A DNA stretch of 64,000 nt from Eledone cirrhosa (Eukaryota): contig OZ024755.1 in NCBI GenBank assembly GCA_964016885.1, positions 15,996,001-16,060,000 of the forward strand, in the 5' to 3' direction. This document shows, in pieces, positions 11,036-24,839 of this stretch. Position numbers and translations under genes: made by a program. Each line of letters opens with the position of its first letter. Position 1 is the stretch's first letter. The notes under the pieces were generated by a model. That model was given only the letters and a program-made list of their open reading frames with translations. It did not search any database and was not told the origin of the DNA.

Positions 11036-14000
11036 ATTCTCAACACACTCCCCTCCATTTACTTGCTGTCTTACTCTCTATATATATATTTCTTTCCCCT
11101 CTAACACAGTCTCTCCTTTCTCTCTCTCTCTTTGCCAGCCCCCTTCTCTCACACAGCCCACCGTTCTCTGCCCCTTCTTCTTTCTTTCTCCCTTATGTCA
11201 TATATTCTCTCTATCTGTTTCTCTCTTTATCTCTCTCTGCATCGCCTTTGTATTTTTCAGCCTTTCTCTCCTTCTCACTCCTGTCTCTCTCTGTCTCTAC
11301 ATATGACCCACTCTCTCTCACTACCATCAACCAAACATAAATAGTTACATCTTCTCCGGTCTCTCCTGGAAGAAAATTGCGGGTGTGCAAAGTCAGATTA
11401 ATTTTAGAGTCAAGGGGGAAATAATTCTAAAAGCATACCCCCTCCTACCACCATACTATCTTCTTTCTGTCTCTCTCACCAAGCAAACATAAACACTCTC
11501 ACCTCACCTCCAAAATAAATATGTAAACATACAGAAAGACACCAAGTCCCTACGTGGGCGCTCTACCAGGGAAAAATATCTCCAATAAAATTAATTAATT
11601 AATAAAATCCGATAATAAAACATCAATGACCCACTCTTACCACCACATTAACTCTTTTGACTCTCTCTCACTATCACCAACCAAACATAAACAGTGTCAC
11701 CTCTTCTCTTCCCAGTTCTCTCCTGGAGGAAAATTGCGTGTGTGCAAAACCAGATTAATTTTACAGTCCAGGGGGAAGTAATTCTGTAAGCATAGCCCCT
11801 CCTACCACCATACTATCTTCTTTCTGTCTCTCTCACCAACCCAACATAAACACTCTTACCTCTCCTCATCTCCGAAATGTAAACAAACGAAAAGACACCA
11901 TGTCCACACATTGGCACTCTACCAGGTAAAAATATCTCGAATAAAATAAATAAATAAAACCCGACAATAAAACATCACTGTATCGCCCATAATTACATTC
12001 ACAACTTTATAATAAAACATTGATAAGGAAAATAACAAAGTAAAGGTAAGACTAAAACCTAAACTTCGTGAAATTCCGGTAAAAGTATTCGTGTTGTTAT
12101 GGCAGACGATATTAACGTGTGTGTATATATATATAAATATACCTGTAAACATACGTATATATTTATGTATTTATGCTTGTATATAAATTATTGTCTTATT
12201 TACAGAAATATTTTTCTAATATCGTGTTTAATACTTCATATTGTGTCGTCTGGTGTTTCTTCCATTTAATAACGACATAACTCTCAACTGACTCCCCTTC
12301 GTTTACTTACTGTCTCCCCCTCTCTCTCTCTCTCTCCTTTTGCCACCCCTTCTCTCAGACAACCTTTTCTCTCTCTCTCTCTATCTCTCTATCTTTTCCC
12401 TCGCTTCTTTATCTCTTTCTCTCTGTTGCTGTTTCTCTCATATCGTCACTCTCTGTCTCTCTATTTTTGTTTCTCCCTCTTTTTTACTCTACACTTTCTC
12501 CTCCCCTCTTTTTCTCTCCACTTTCTCCGTCCCTCTTCTTCTCTCATTCTTTCTCTTTTTTCTCCGCCCCAACGGCCTCTCTCTCTGCCTTACCTGCTAT
12601 TCACTTAACATCCCTCTCTCTCTACCTCCTCTGTATTTCTCTGCCTTTCTCTCCGTCTCGCTCCCTTCTCTCTCAGTCTTTAGATCTGACCCACTCCAAC
12701 CACCACATTAACTCTTTTCACTCTCTCTCACTATCACCAACCAAAGTTCTCTCCTGGAAGAAAATTGCGGGTGTGCAAAATCAGATTAATTTTACAGTCC
12801 AGGGGGAAGTAATTCTGTAAGCATATTCCCTCCTACCACCATACTATCTTCTTTCTGTCTCTCTCATCAACCCAACATAAACACTCTTACCGCACCTCCT
12901 CTCCGAAATGTAAACAAACGAAAAGACACCATGTCCACACATTGGCACTCTACCAGGTAAAAATATCTCGAATAAAATAAATAAATAAAACCCGACAATA
13001 AAACATCACTGTATCGTCCATAATTGCATTCACAACTTTATAATAAAACATTGATAAAGAAAATTAACAAAGTAAAGGTAAGATTAAAACCTAAACTTCG
13101 TGAAATTCCGGTAAAAGTATTCCTGTTGTTATGGCAGACGATAGTAACGTGTGTGTATATATATAAATATACCTGTAAATATATGTATATATTTATGCAT
13201 GTATATAAAACTGTCTTATTTACAAAAATATTTTTCTAATATTGTATTTAATACTTCATATTGTGTCTTTGGGTTTTCTTCCATTTAATAACGACATAAC
13301 TCTCAACTGACTCCGCTTCGTTTACTTACTGTCTCTCTCTCAAATCCCCACCCCCTCACAAAGCCTTTCCTTTCTCTCTCTTTTTGCCATCCCCTTCTCT
13401 CACACAACCTTTTCTCTTTCTGCTCTATCTTTTCACCTCCCTTCTTTATCTCTTTCTCTCTGTCGAGTTTCCCTCGTATAGTCACTCTCTGTCTCTCTTT
13501 CTTTTAGTTTCTCCCTCTTTTTTACTCTGCAATTTCTCCTTCCCTCATTTTCTCTCTTTCTCTCTCTTTTTTTCTCCGCCACAACGGTCTCTCTCTCTGC
13601 CTTACCTCCTATTCACTTAACCTCCCTCTCTATCTAGCTCCTCTGTATTTCTCTGCCTTTCTCTCCATCTCGCTCCCTTCTCTCTCAGTCTTTAGATCTG
13701 ACCCACTCCTACCACTACATTAACTCTTTTCACTCTCTCTCTCACTATCACCAACCAAACATAAACAGTGTCACCTCTTCTCTTCCCAGTTCTCTCCTGG
13801 AAGAAAATTGCGGGTGTGCAAAATCAGATTAATTTTGCAGTCCAGGGGGAAGTAATTCTGTAAGCATATTCCCTCCTACCACCATACTATCTTCTTTCTG
13901 TCTCTCTCACCAACCCAACATAAACTCTCCTACCTCTCCTCCTCTCCGAAATGTAAACAAACGAAAAGACACCATGACCACACATTGGCACTCTACCAGG

Positions 14001-17000
14001 TAAAAATATCTCGAATAAAATAAATAAATAAAACCCGACAATAAAACATCACTGTATCGTCCATAATTGCATTCACAACTTTATAATAAAACATTGATAA
14101 GGAAAATTAACAAAGTAAAGGTAAGATTAAAACCTAAACTTCGTGAAATTCCGGTAAAAGTATTCGTGTTGTTATGGCAGACGATAGTAATGTGTGTGTA
14201 TATATAAATATACCTGTAAACATATGTATATATTTATGCATGTATATAAAACTGTCTTATTTATAAAAATATTTTTCTAATATTGTGTTTAATACTTCAT
14301 ATTGTGTCTTTGGGTTTTCTTCCATTTAATAACGACATAACTCTCAACTGTCTCCGCCTCAATTATTTACTGTCTCTCTCTCAAATCCCCACCCCCGCAC
14401 AAAGCCTTTCCTTACTCTCTCTTTTTGCCATCCCCTTCTCTCACACAACCTTTTCTCTTTTTGTCTCTATCTTTTCCCTCCCCTTCTTTATCTCTTTCTC
14501 TCTGTCGAGTTTCCCTCATATAGTCACTTTCTGTCTCTCTCTTTCTTTTAGTTTCTCCCTCTTTTTTACTCTGCAATTTCTCCTTCCCTCATTTTCTCTC
14601 TTTCTTTCTCTTTTTTCTCCGCCATAACGGTCTCTCTCTCTGCCTTACCTCCTATTCACTTAACCTCCCTCTCCCTCTAGCTCCTCTGTATTTCTCTGCC
14701 TTTCTCTCCGTCTCGCTCCCTTCTCTCTCAGTCTTTAGATCTGACCCACTCCTACCACCACATTAACTCTTTTCACTCTCTCTCACTATCACCAACCAAA
14801 CATAAACAGTGTCACCTCTTCTCTTCCCAGTTCACTCCTGGAAGAAAATTGCGGGTGTGCAAAATCAGATTATTTTACAGTCCAGGGGGAAGTAATTCTG
14901 TAAGCATATTCCCTCCTACCACCATACTATCTTCTTTCTGTCTCTCTCACCAACCCAACATAAACTCTCCTACCTCTCCTCATCTCCGAAATGTAAACAA
15001 ACGAAAAGACACCATCTCCACACATTGGCACTCTACCAGGTAAAAATATCTCGAATAAAATAAATAAATAAATAAAACCTGACAATAAAACATCACTGTA
15101 TCGTCCATAATTGCATTCACAACTATATAATAAAACATTGATAAAGAAAATTAACAAAGTAAAGGTAAGATTAAAACCTAAACTTCGTGAAATTCCGGTA
15201 AAAGTATTCCTGTTGTTATGGCAGACGATAGTAACGTGTGTGTATATATATAAATATACCTGTAAATATATGTATATATTTATGCATGTATATAAAACTG
15301 TCTTATTTACAAAAATATTTTTCTAATATTGTATTTAATACTTCATATTGTGTCTTTGGGTTTTCTTCCATTTAATAACGACATAACTCTCAACTGACTC
15401 CGCTTCGTTTACTTACTGTCTCTCTCTCAAATCCCCACCCCCTCACAAAGCCTTTCCTTTCTCTCTCTTTTTGCCATCCCCTTCTCTCACACAACCTTTT
15501 CTCTTTCTGCTCTATCTTTTCACCTCCCTTCTTTATCTCTTTCTCTCTGTCGAGTTTCCCTCGTATAGTCACTCTCTGTCTCTCTTTCTTTTAGTTTCTC
15601 CCTCTTTTTTACTCTGCAATTTCTCCTTCCCTCATTTTCTCTCTTTCTTTCTCTTTTTTTCTCCGCCACAACGGTCTCTCTCTCTGCCTTACCTCCTATT
15701 CCCTTAACCTCCCTCTCTCTCTGCCTTACCTCCTATTCACTTCACCTCCCTCTCTATCTAGCTCCTCTGTATTTCTCTGCCTTTCTCTCCATCTCGCTCC
15801 CTTCTCTCTCAGTCTTTAGATCTGACCCACTCCTACCACCACATTAACTCTTTTCACTCTCTCTCACTATCACCAACCAAACATAAACAGTGTCACCTCT
15901 TCTCTTCCCAGTTCTCTCCTGGAAGAAAATTGCGGGTGTGCAAAATCAGATTAATTTTACAGTCCAGGGAGAAGTAATTCTGTAAGCATATTCCCTCCTA
16001 CCGCCATACTATCTTCTTTCTGTCTCTCTCACCAACCCAACATAAACTCTCCTACCTCTCCTCCTCTCCGAAATGTAAACAAACGAAAAGACACCATGAC
16101 CACACATTGGCACTCTACCAGGTAAAAATATCTCGAATAAAATAAATAAATAAAACCCGACAATAAAACATCACTGTATCGTCCATAATTGCATTCACAA
16201 CTTTATAATAAAACATTGATAAGGAAAATTAACAAAATAAAGGTAAGATTAAAACCTAAACTTCGTGAAATTCCGGTAAAAGTATTCGTGTTGTTATAGC
16301 AGACGATAGTAACGTGTGTGTATATATAAATATACCTGTAAATATATGTATATATTTATGCATGTATATAAAAGTGTCTTATTTTCAAAAATTATTTTTC
16401 TAATATTGTGTTTAATACTTCATATTGTGTCGTCTGGTTTTCTTCCATTTAATAACGACATAACTCTCAACTGACTCCGCTTCGTTTATTTACTGTCTCT
16501 CTCCCTACCCTACCCCTACCCCCTCACTCACAAAGCCTTTCCTTTCTCTCTCTTTTTGCCATCTCCTTATCTTAAACAACCTTTTCTCTTTCTGTCTCTA
16601 TCTTTTCCCCTCCCTTCTTTATCTCTTTCTCTCTGTCGAGTTTCCTCATATAGTCACTCTCTGTCTCTCTCTTTCTTTTAATTTCTCCCTCTTTTTTTAC
16701 TCTGCACTTTCTCCTTCCCTCATTTTCTCTCATTCTTTCTCTTTTTTTCTCTGCCACAACGGTCTCTCTCTCTGCCTTACCTCCTATTCACTTAACCTCC
16801 CTCTCCCTCTAGCTCCTCTGTATTTCTCTGCCTTTCTCTCCGTCTCGCTCCCTTCTCTCTCAGTCTTTAGATCTGACCCACTCCTACCACCACATTAACT
16901 CTTTTCACTCTCTCTCACTATCACCAACCAAACATAAACAGTGTCACCTCTTCTCTTCCCAGTTCTCTCCTGGGAGAAAATTGCGGGTGTGCAAAATCAG

Positions 17001-20000
17001 ATTAATTTTACAGTCCAGGGGGAAGTAATTCTGTAAGCATATTCCCTCCTACTACCATACTATCTTCTTTCTGTCTCTCTCACCAACCCAACATGAACTC
17101 TCTTACTTTGTGAAATTCCGGTAACAGTATTCGTGTTGTTATGGCAGACGATAGTAACGTGTGTGTATATATAAATATTTATGCATGTATATAAAACTGT
17201 CTTATTTACAAAAATATTTTTCTAATATTGTGTTTAATATTAGAAAAATATTTTTGTATATAAGACAGTTTTATATACATGCATAAATATATACATATGT
17301 TTACAGGTATATTTATATATATACACACACGTTACTATCGTCTGCCATAACAACACGAATACTTTTACCGGAATTTCACGAAGTTTAGGTTTTAATCTTA
17401 CCTTTACTTTGTTAATTTTCCTCATCAATGTTTTATTATAAAGTTGTGAATGCAATTATGGACGATACAGTGATGTTTTATTGTGGGGTTTTATTTATTT
17501 ATTTATTTTATTCGAGATATTTTTACCTGGTAGAGTGCCAATGTGTGGACATGGTGTCTTTTCGTTTGTTTACATTTCGGAGAGGAGGAGAGGTAAGAGA
17601 GTTTATGTTGGGTTGGTGAGAGAGACAGAAAGAAGATAGTATGGTGGTAGGAGGGAATATGCTTACAGAATTACTTCCCCCTGGACTGTAAAATTAATCT
17701 GATTTTGCACACCCGCAATTTTCTTCCAGGAGAGAACTGGGAAGAGAAGAGGTGACACTGTTTACGTATGGTTGGTGATAGTGAGAGAGAGTGAAAAGAG
17801 TTAATGTGGTGGTAGGAGTGGGTCAGATCTAAAGACAGAGAGAGAAGGGAGCGAGACGGAGAGAAAGGCAGAGGAGCTAGAGGGAGAGGGAGGTTAAGTG
17901 AATATGAGGTAAGGCAGAGAGAGAGACCGTTGTGGCGGAGAAAAAAAGAGAAAGAAAGAGAGAAAATGAGGGAAGGAGAAATTGCAGGGTAAAAAAGAGG
18001 GAGAAACTAAAAGAAAGAGAGAGACAGAGAGTGACTATATGAGGGAAACTCGACAGAGAGAAAGAGATAAAGAAGAGAGGGGAAAAGATAGAGACAGAAA
18101 GAGAAAGGGTTCTGTGAGAGAAGGGGATGACAAAAAGAGAGAGTAAGGAAAGGCTTTGTGAGAGGGTGGGGATTTGAGAGAGAGAGTGTAAGTAGTTGAA
18201 GCGGAGTCAGTTGAGAGTTATGTCGTTATTAAATGGAAGAAAACCCAAAGACACAATATGAAGTATTAAACACAATATTAGAAAAATATTTTTGTAAATA
18301 AGACAGTTTTATATACATGCATAAATATATACATATATTTACAGGTATATTTATATATACACACGTTACTATCGTCTGCCATAATAACACGAATACTTTT
18401 ACCGGAATTTCACGAAGTTTAGGTTTTAATCTTACCTTTACTTTGTTAATTTTCCTTATCAATGTTTTATTATAAAGTTGTGAATGCAATTATGGACGAT
18501 ACAGTGATGTTTTATTGTGGGGTTTTATTTATTTATTTATTTTATTCGAGATATTTTTACCTGGTAGAGTGCCAATGTGTGGACATGGTGTCTTTTCGTT
18601 TATTTACATTTCGGAGAGGAGGAGAGGTAAGAGAGTTTATGTTGGGTTGGTGAAAGAGACAGAAAGAAGATAGTATGGTGGTAGGAGGGAATATGCTTAC
18701 AGAATTACTTCCCCCTGGACTGTAAAATTAATCTGATTTTGCACACCCGCAATCTTCTTCCAGGAGAGAACTGGGAAGAGAAGAGGTGACACTGTTTATG
18801 TTTGGTTGGTGATAGTGAGAGAGAGTGAAAAGAGTTAGTGTGGTGGTAGGAGTGGGTCAGATCTAAAGACTGAGAGAGAAGGGAGAGAGACGGAGAGAAA
18901 GGCAGAGAAATACAGAGGAGCTAGATAGAGAGAGAGGTTATGTATTTCTCTGCCTTTCTCTCCGTCTCGCTCCCTTCTCTCTCAGTCTTTAAATCTCACT
19001 CCTTACCACCACATTAACTCTTTTCACTCTCTCTCACTATCACCAACCAAACATAAACACTATCACCTCTTCTCTTCCCAGTTCTCTCCTGGAAGAAAAT
19101 TGCGGGTGTGCAAAATCAGATTAATTTTACAGTCCAGGGGGAAGTAATTCTGTAAGCATATTCTCTCCTACCACCATACTATCTTCTTTCTGTCTCTCTC
19201 ACCAACCCAACATAAACTCTCCTACCTCTCCTCCTCTCCGAAATGTAAACAAACGAAAAGACACCATGACCACACATTGGCACTCTACCAGGTAAAAATA
19301 TCTCGAATAAAATAAATAAATAAAACCCGACAATAAAACATCACTGTATCGTCCATAATTGCATTCACAACTTTATAATAAAACATTGATAAGGAAAATT
19401 AACAAAGTAAAGGTAAGATTAAAACCTAAACTTCGTGAAATTCCGGTAAAAGTATTCGTGTTGTTATGGCAGACGATAGTAACGTGTGTGTATATATAAA
19501 TATACCTGTAAACATATGTATATATTTATGCATGTATATAAAACTGTCTTATTTACAAAAATATTTTTCTAATATTGTGTTTAATACTTCATATTGTGTC
19601 TTTGGGTTTTCTTCCATTTAATAACGACATAACTCTCAACTGACTCCGCCTCAATTATTTACTGTCTCTCTCTCAAATCCCCACCCCCGCACAAAGCCTT
19701 TCCTTACTCTCTCTTTTTGCCATCCCCTTCTCTCACACAACCTTTTCTCTTTTTGTCTCTATCTTTTCCCTCCCCTTCTTTATCTCTTTCTCTCTGTCCA
19801 GTTTCCCTCATATAGTCACTTTCTGTCTCTCTCTTTCTTTTAGTTTCTCCCTCTTTTTTACTCTGCAATTTCTCCTTCCCTCATTTTCTCTCATTCTTTC
19901 TCTTTTTTTCTCTGCCACAACGGTCTCTCTCTCTGCCTTACCTCCTATTCACTTAACCTCCCTCTCCCTCTAGCTCCTCTGCCTTTCTCTCCATCTCGCT

Positions 20001-23000
20001 CCCTTCTCTCTCAGTCTTTAGATCTGACCCACTCCTACCACCACATTAACTCTTTTCACTCTCTCTCACTATCACCAACCAAACATAAACACTGTCACCT
20101 CTTCTCTTCCCAGTTCTCTCCTGGAAGAAAATTGCGGGTGTGCAAAATCAGATTAATTTTACAGTCCAGGGGGAAGTAATTCTGTAAGCATATTCCCTCC
20201 TACCACCATACTATCTTCTTTCTGTCTCTCTCACCAACCCAACATAAACTCTCCTACCTCTCCTCCTCTCCGAAATGTAAACAAACGAAAAGACACCATG
20301 ACCACACATTGGCACTCTACCAGGTAAAAATATCTCGAATAAAATAAATAAATAAAACCCGACAATAAAACATCACTGTATCGTCCATAATTGCATTCAC
20401 AACTTTATAATAAAACATTGATAAGGAAAATTAACAAAGTAAAGGTAAGATTAAAACCTAAACTTCGTGAAATTCCGGTAAAAGTATTCGTGTTGTTATA
20501 GCAGACGATAGTAACGTGTGTGTATATATAAATATACCTGTAAATATATGTATATATTTATGCATGTATATAAAACTGTCTTATTTTCAAAAATATTTTT
20601 CTAATATTGTGTTTAATACTTCATATTGTGTCGTTTGGTTTTCTTCCATTTAATAACGACATAACTCTTAACTGACTCCGCTTCGTTTATTTACTGTCTC
20701 CCCCCCCCCCCCCTCACTCACAAAGCCTTTCCTTTCTCTCTCTTTTTGCCATCTCCTTATCTTAAACAACCTTTTCTCTTTTTGTCTCTATCTTTTCCCC
20801 TCCCTTCTTTATCTCTTTCTCTCTGTCGAGTTTCCTCATATAGTCACTCTCTGTCTCTCTCTTTCTTTTAATTTCTCCCTCTTTTTTTACTCTGCACTTT
20901 CTCCTTCCCTCATTTTCTCTCATTCTTTCTCTTTTTTTCTCTGCCACAACGGTCTCTCTCTCTGCCTTACCTCCTATTCACTTAACCTCCCTCTCCCTCT
21001 AGCTCCTCTGTATTTCTCTGCCTTTCTCTCCGTCTCGCTCCCTTCTCTCTCAGTCTTTAGATCTGACCCACTCCTACCACCACATTAACTCTTTTCACTC
21101 TCTCTCACTATCACCAACCAAACATAAACACAGAGTTTATGTTGGGTTGGTGAGAGAGACAGAAAGAAGATAGTATGGTGGTAGGAGGGAATATGCTTAC
21201 AGAATTACTTCCCCCTAGACTGTAAAATTAATCTGATTTTGCACACCCGCAATTTTCTTCCAGGAGAGAACTGGGAAGAGAAGAAGTGACACTGTTTATG
21301 TATGGTTGGTGATAGTGAGAGAGAGTGAAAAGAGTTAATGTGGTGGTAGGAGTGGGTCAGATCTAAAGACTGAGAGAAGGGAGCGAGACGGAGAGAAAGG
21401 CAGAGGAGCTAGAGGGAGAGGGAGGTTAAGTGAATAGGAGGTAAGGCAGAGAGAGAGACCGTTGTGGCGGAGAAAAAAAGAGAAAGAAAGAGAGAAAATG
21501 AGGGAAGGAGAAATTGCAGAGTAAAAAAGAGGGAGAAACTAAAAGAAAGAGAGTGACTATTTAAGGAAACTCGACAGAGAGAAAGAGATAAAGAAGAGAG
21601 GGGAAAAGATAGAGACAGAAAGAGAAAGGGTTCTGTGAGAGAAGGGGATGATAAAAAGAGAGAGTAAGGAAAGGCTTTGTGAGGGGGTGGGGATTTGAGA
21701 GAGAGACAGTAAGTAGTTGAAGCGGAGTCAGTTGAGAGTTATGTCGTTATTAAATGGAAGAAAACCCAAAGACACAATATGAAGTATTAAACACAATATT
21801 AGAAAAATATTTTTGTAAATAAGACACTTTTATATACATGCATAAATATATACATATATTTACAGGTATATTTATATATACACACACGTTACTATCGTCT
21901 GCCATAACAACACGAATACTTTTACCGGAATTTCACGAAGTTTAGGTTTTAATCTTACCTTTACTTTGTTAATTTTCCTTATCAATGTTTTATTATAAAG
22001 TTGTGAATGCAATTATGGACGATACAGTGATGTTTTATTGTGGGGTTTTATTTATTTATTTATTTTATTCGAAATATTTTTACCTGGTAGAGTGCCAATG
22101 TGTGGACATGGTGTCTTTTCGTTTATTTACATTTCGGAGAGGAGGAGAGGTAAGAGAGTTTATGTTGGGTTGGTGAGAGAGACAGAAAGAAGATAGTATG
22201 GTGGTAGGAGGGAATATGCTTACTGAATTACTTCCCCCTGGACTGTAAAATTAATCTGATTTTGCACACCCGCAATCTTCTTCCAGGAGAGAACTGGGAA
22301 GAGAAGAGGTGATAGTGTTTATGTTTGGTTGGTGATAGTGAGAGAGAGTGAAAAGAGTTAATGTGGTGGTAGGAGTGGGTCAGATCTAAAGACTGAGAGA
22401 GAAGGGAGCGAGACGGAGAGAAAGGCAGAGAAATACAGAGGAGCTAGATAGAGAGGGAGGTTATGTATTTCTCTGCCTTTCTCTCCGTCTCGCTCCCTTC
22501 TCTTTCAGTCTTTAGATCTGACCCACTCCTACCACCACATTAACTCTCTCTCACTCTCTCTCACTATCACCAACCAAACATAAACAGTGTCAGCTCTTCT
22601 CTTCCCAGTTCTCTCCTGGAAAAAAATTGCGTGTGTGCAAAATCAGATTAATTTTACAGTCCAGGGGGAAGTGATTCTGTAAGCATATTCCCTCCTACCA
22701 CCATACTATCTTCTTTCTGTCTCTCTCACCAACCCAACATAAACTCTCTTACCTCTCCTCCTCTCCGAAATGTAAACAAACGAAAAGACACCATGTCCAC
22801 ACATTGTCACTCTACCAGGTAAAAATATCTCGAATAAAATAAATAAAACCCGACAATAAAACATCACTGTATCGTCCATAATTACATTCACAACTTTATA
22901 ATAAAACATTGATAAGGAAAATTAACAAAATAAAGGTAAGATTAAAACCTAAACTTCGTGAAATTCCGGTAAAAGTATTCGTGTTGTTATGGCAGACGAT

Positions 23001-24360
23001 AGTAACGTGTGTGTATATATATAAATATACCTGTAAATATATGTATATATTTATGCATGTATATAAAATTGTCTTATTTACAAAAATATTTTTCTAATAT
23101 TGTGTTTAATACTTCATGTTGTGTCGTCTGGTTTTCTTCCATTTAATAACGACATAACTCTCAACTGACTCCGCTTCGTTTATTTACTGTCTCTCTCTCC
23201 CCCTCACAAAGCCTTTCCTTACTCTCTCTTTTTGCAATCCCCTTCTCTCATACAACTTTTTCTCTTTCTGTCTCTATCTTTTCCCCTCCCTTCTTTATCT
23301 CTTTCTCTCTGTCGAGTTTCCCTCATATAATCACTCTCTGTCTCTCTCTCTCTTTTAGTTTCTCCTTTTTTACTCTGCACCTTCTCCTTTCCTCATTTTC
23401 TCTCATTCTTTCTCTTTTTTTCTCCGCCACAAGGGTCTCTCTCTCTCTCTCTCTCTCTGCCTTACCTCCTATTCCCTTAACCTCCCTCTCTCTCTGCCTT
23501 ACCTCCTATTTACTTAACCTCCCTCTCTATCTAGCTCCTCTGTATTTCTCTGCCTTTCTCTCCGTCTCACTCCCTTCTCTCTCAGTCTTTAGATCTGACC
23601 CACTCCTACCACCACATTAACTCTTTTCACTCTCTCTCACTATCACCAACCAAACATAAACAGTGTCAGCTCTTCTCTTCCCAGTTCTCTCCTGGAAGAA
23701 AATTGCGTGTGTGCAAAATCAGATTAATTTTACTGTCCAGGGGGAAGTGATTCTGTAAGCATATTCCCTCCTACCACCATACTATCTTCTTTCTGTCTCT
23801 CTCATCAACCCAACATAAACACTCTTACCTCACCTCCTCTCCTAAATGTAAACAAACGAAAAGACACCATGTCCACACATTGGCACTCTACCAGGTAAAA
23901 ATATCCCGAACAACATTAATAAAACCCTACAATAAAACACCACTGTATCGTCCATAATTACATTCACAACTTTATAATAAAACATTGATAAGGAAAAATA
24001 ACAAAGTAAAGGTAAGATTAGAACCTAAACTTCGTGAAATTCCGGTAAAAGTATTTCTATTGCTTTTGCAGACCATACTTTCATGTGTGTGTGAAAAATA
24101 TTTTTGTAAATAAGACAATAGTTTATATATAATAAATATACCTGTAAACATATGTATGTATATAAACTATTGTCTTATTTACAAAAATATTTTCTGTAAT
24201 ATCGTGTTTAATATTTCATATTGTTATCGTCTGGTTTCCTTCTATTTAATCACTACATAACTCTCAACATGTACTTTCCCTCTCTCTATCTATCTAACTA
24301 TCCCTCTCCCTTGCTTCTTTGTTGCTGTTTCCCTCCTATAGTCACCCTCTCTCTCTCTCT
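11034..24360. repeat. Macrosatellite-like array of a ~1.03-1.08 kb unit (about 12 unit equivalents) with alternating orientation blocks
   Basis: Marker aaggtaagattaaaacctaaacttcgtgaaattccgg recurs near 12045, 13075, 14118, 15165, 16240, 19410, 20445, 22935, 24010 (+) and reverse-complemented near 17385, 18420, 21940. Blocks: + 11034-17235, - 17236-18940, + 18941-21130, - 21131-22463, + 22464-24360. A partial diverged unit lies at 8891-9100 before the LINE. Confidence 0.97.
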
Positions 24361-24399
24361 CATTCCAGGGGCTGTAGAACTGGGTACCAGTACCCCTAA

Positions 24400-24530
24400 T
24401 AATATTTTTTGCAATCTACGCAAGTCTCCTGCATACAGCGCCCAGGTTTCACTTCTATGCAACATTGCTGTTTGTATGCATGCATCATACTGTGTGTGTG
24501 TGTGTGCCCCCAGCATGGCCTCAGTCAGAT
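24400..24530 (-). mobile_element. Short RTE LINE fragment
   Basis: YDACIQTAMLHRSETWALYAGDLRRL; a related plus-strand fragment (MKGKLYDAFILTTMLHSSESWALCAEDLRRLE) lies at ~52180-52276. Confidence 0.65.
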
Positions 24531-24603
24531 AGCTGGAACAGGTAAAAGATTGAAATATATATATATATATATATATATGAGAAAACTCATCGCTAGAACA
24601 GCT

Positions 24604-24810
24604 GAAATGTGTAATTTTGAAAGAGGTCACCAAGCAGACACTGGTGACCTCCCCTTGACTAGGTTTTCTTGAAAGTCTGCACACATTCATTTCTATTGTA
24701 ATGACCAATTATTTTTCTCTCAGTTCATCCGAACTTCGTCATTTATTTTACTTGTGTTGCACATCCTGTAGATCATGTTCGATTAGTTGACATGTACACA
24801 CTGGAATATA
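24604..24810 (+). repeat. ~205 bp dispersed repeat, copy 1, with 10-bp-stem hairpin
   Basis: Closely similar to 28184-28390; contains gaggtcacca-N9-tggtgacctc; bounded by (TA)n. Confidence 0.85.
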
Positions 24811-24839
24811 TATACATACATATATATATATATATACGC

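Noticed and set aside
11900-23100. Recurrent 60-120 aa ORFs in the array as a multigene family
   Set aside because: Low-complexity, frames broken by indels between units, often non-ATG starts; by-products of the repeat.
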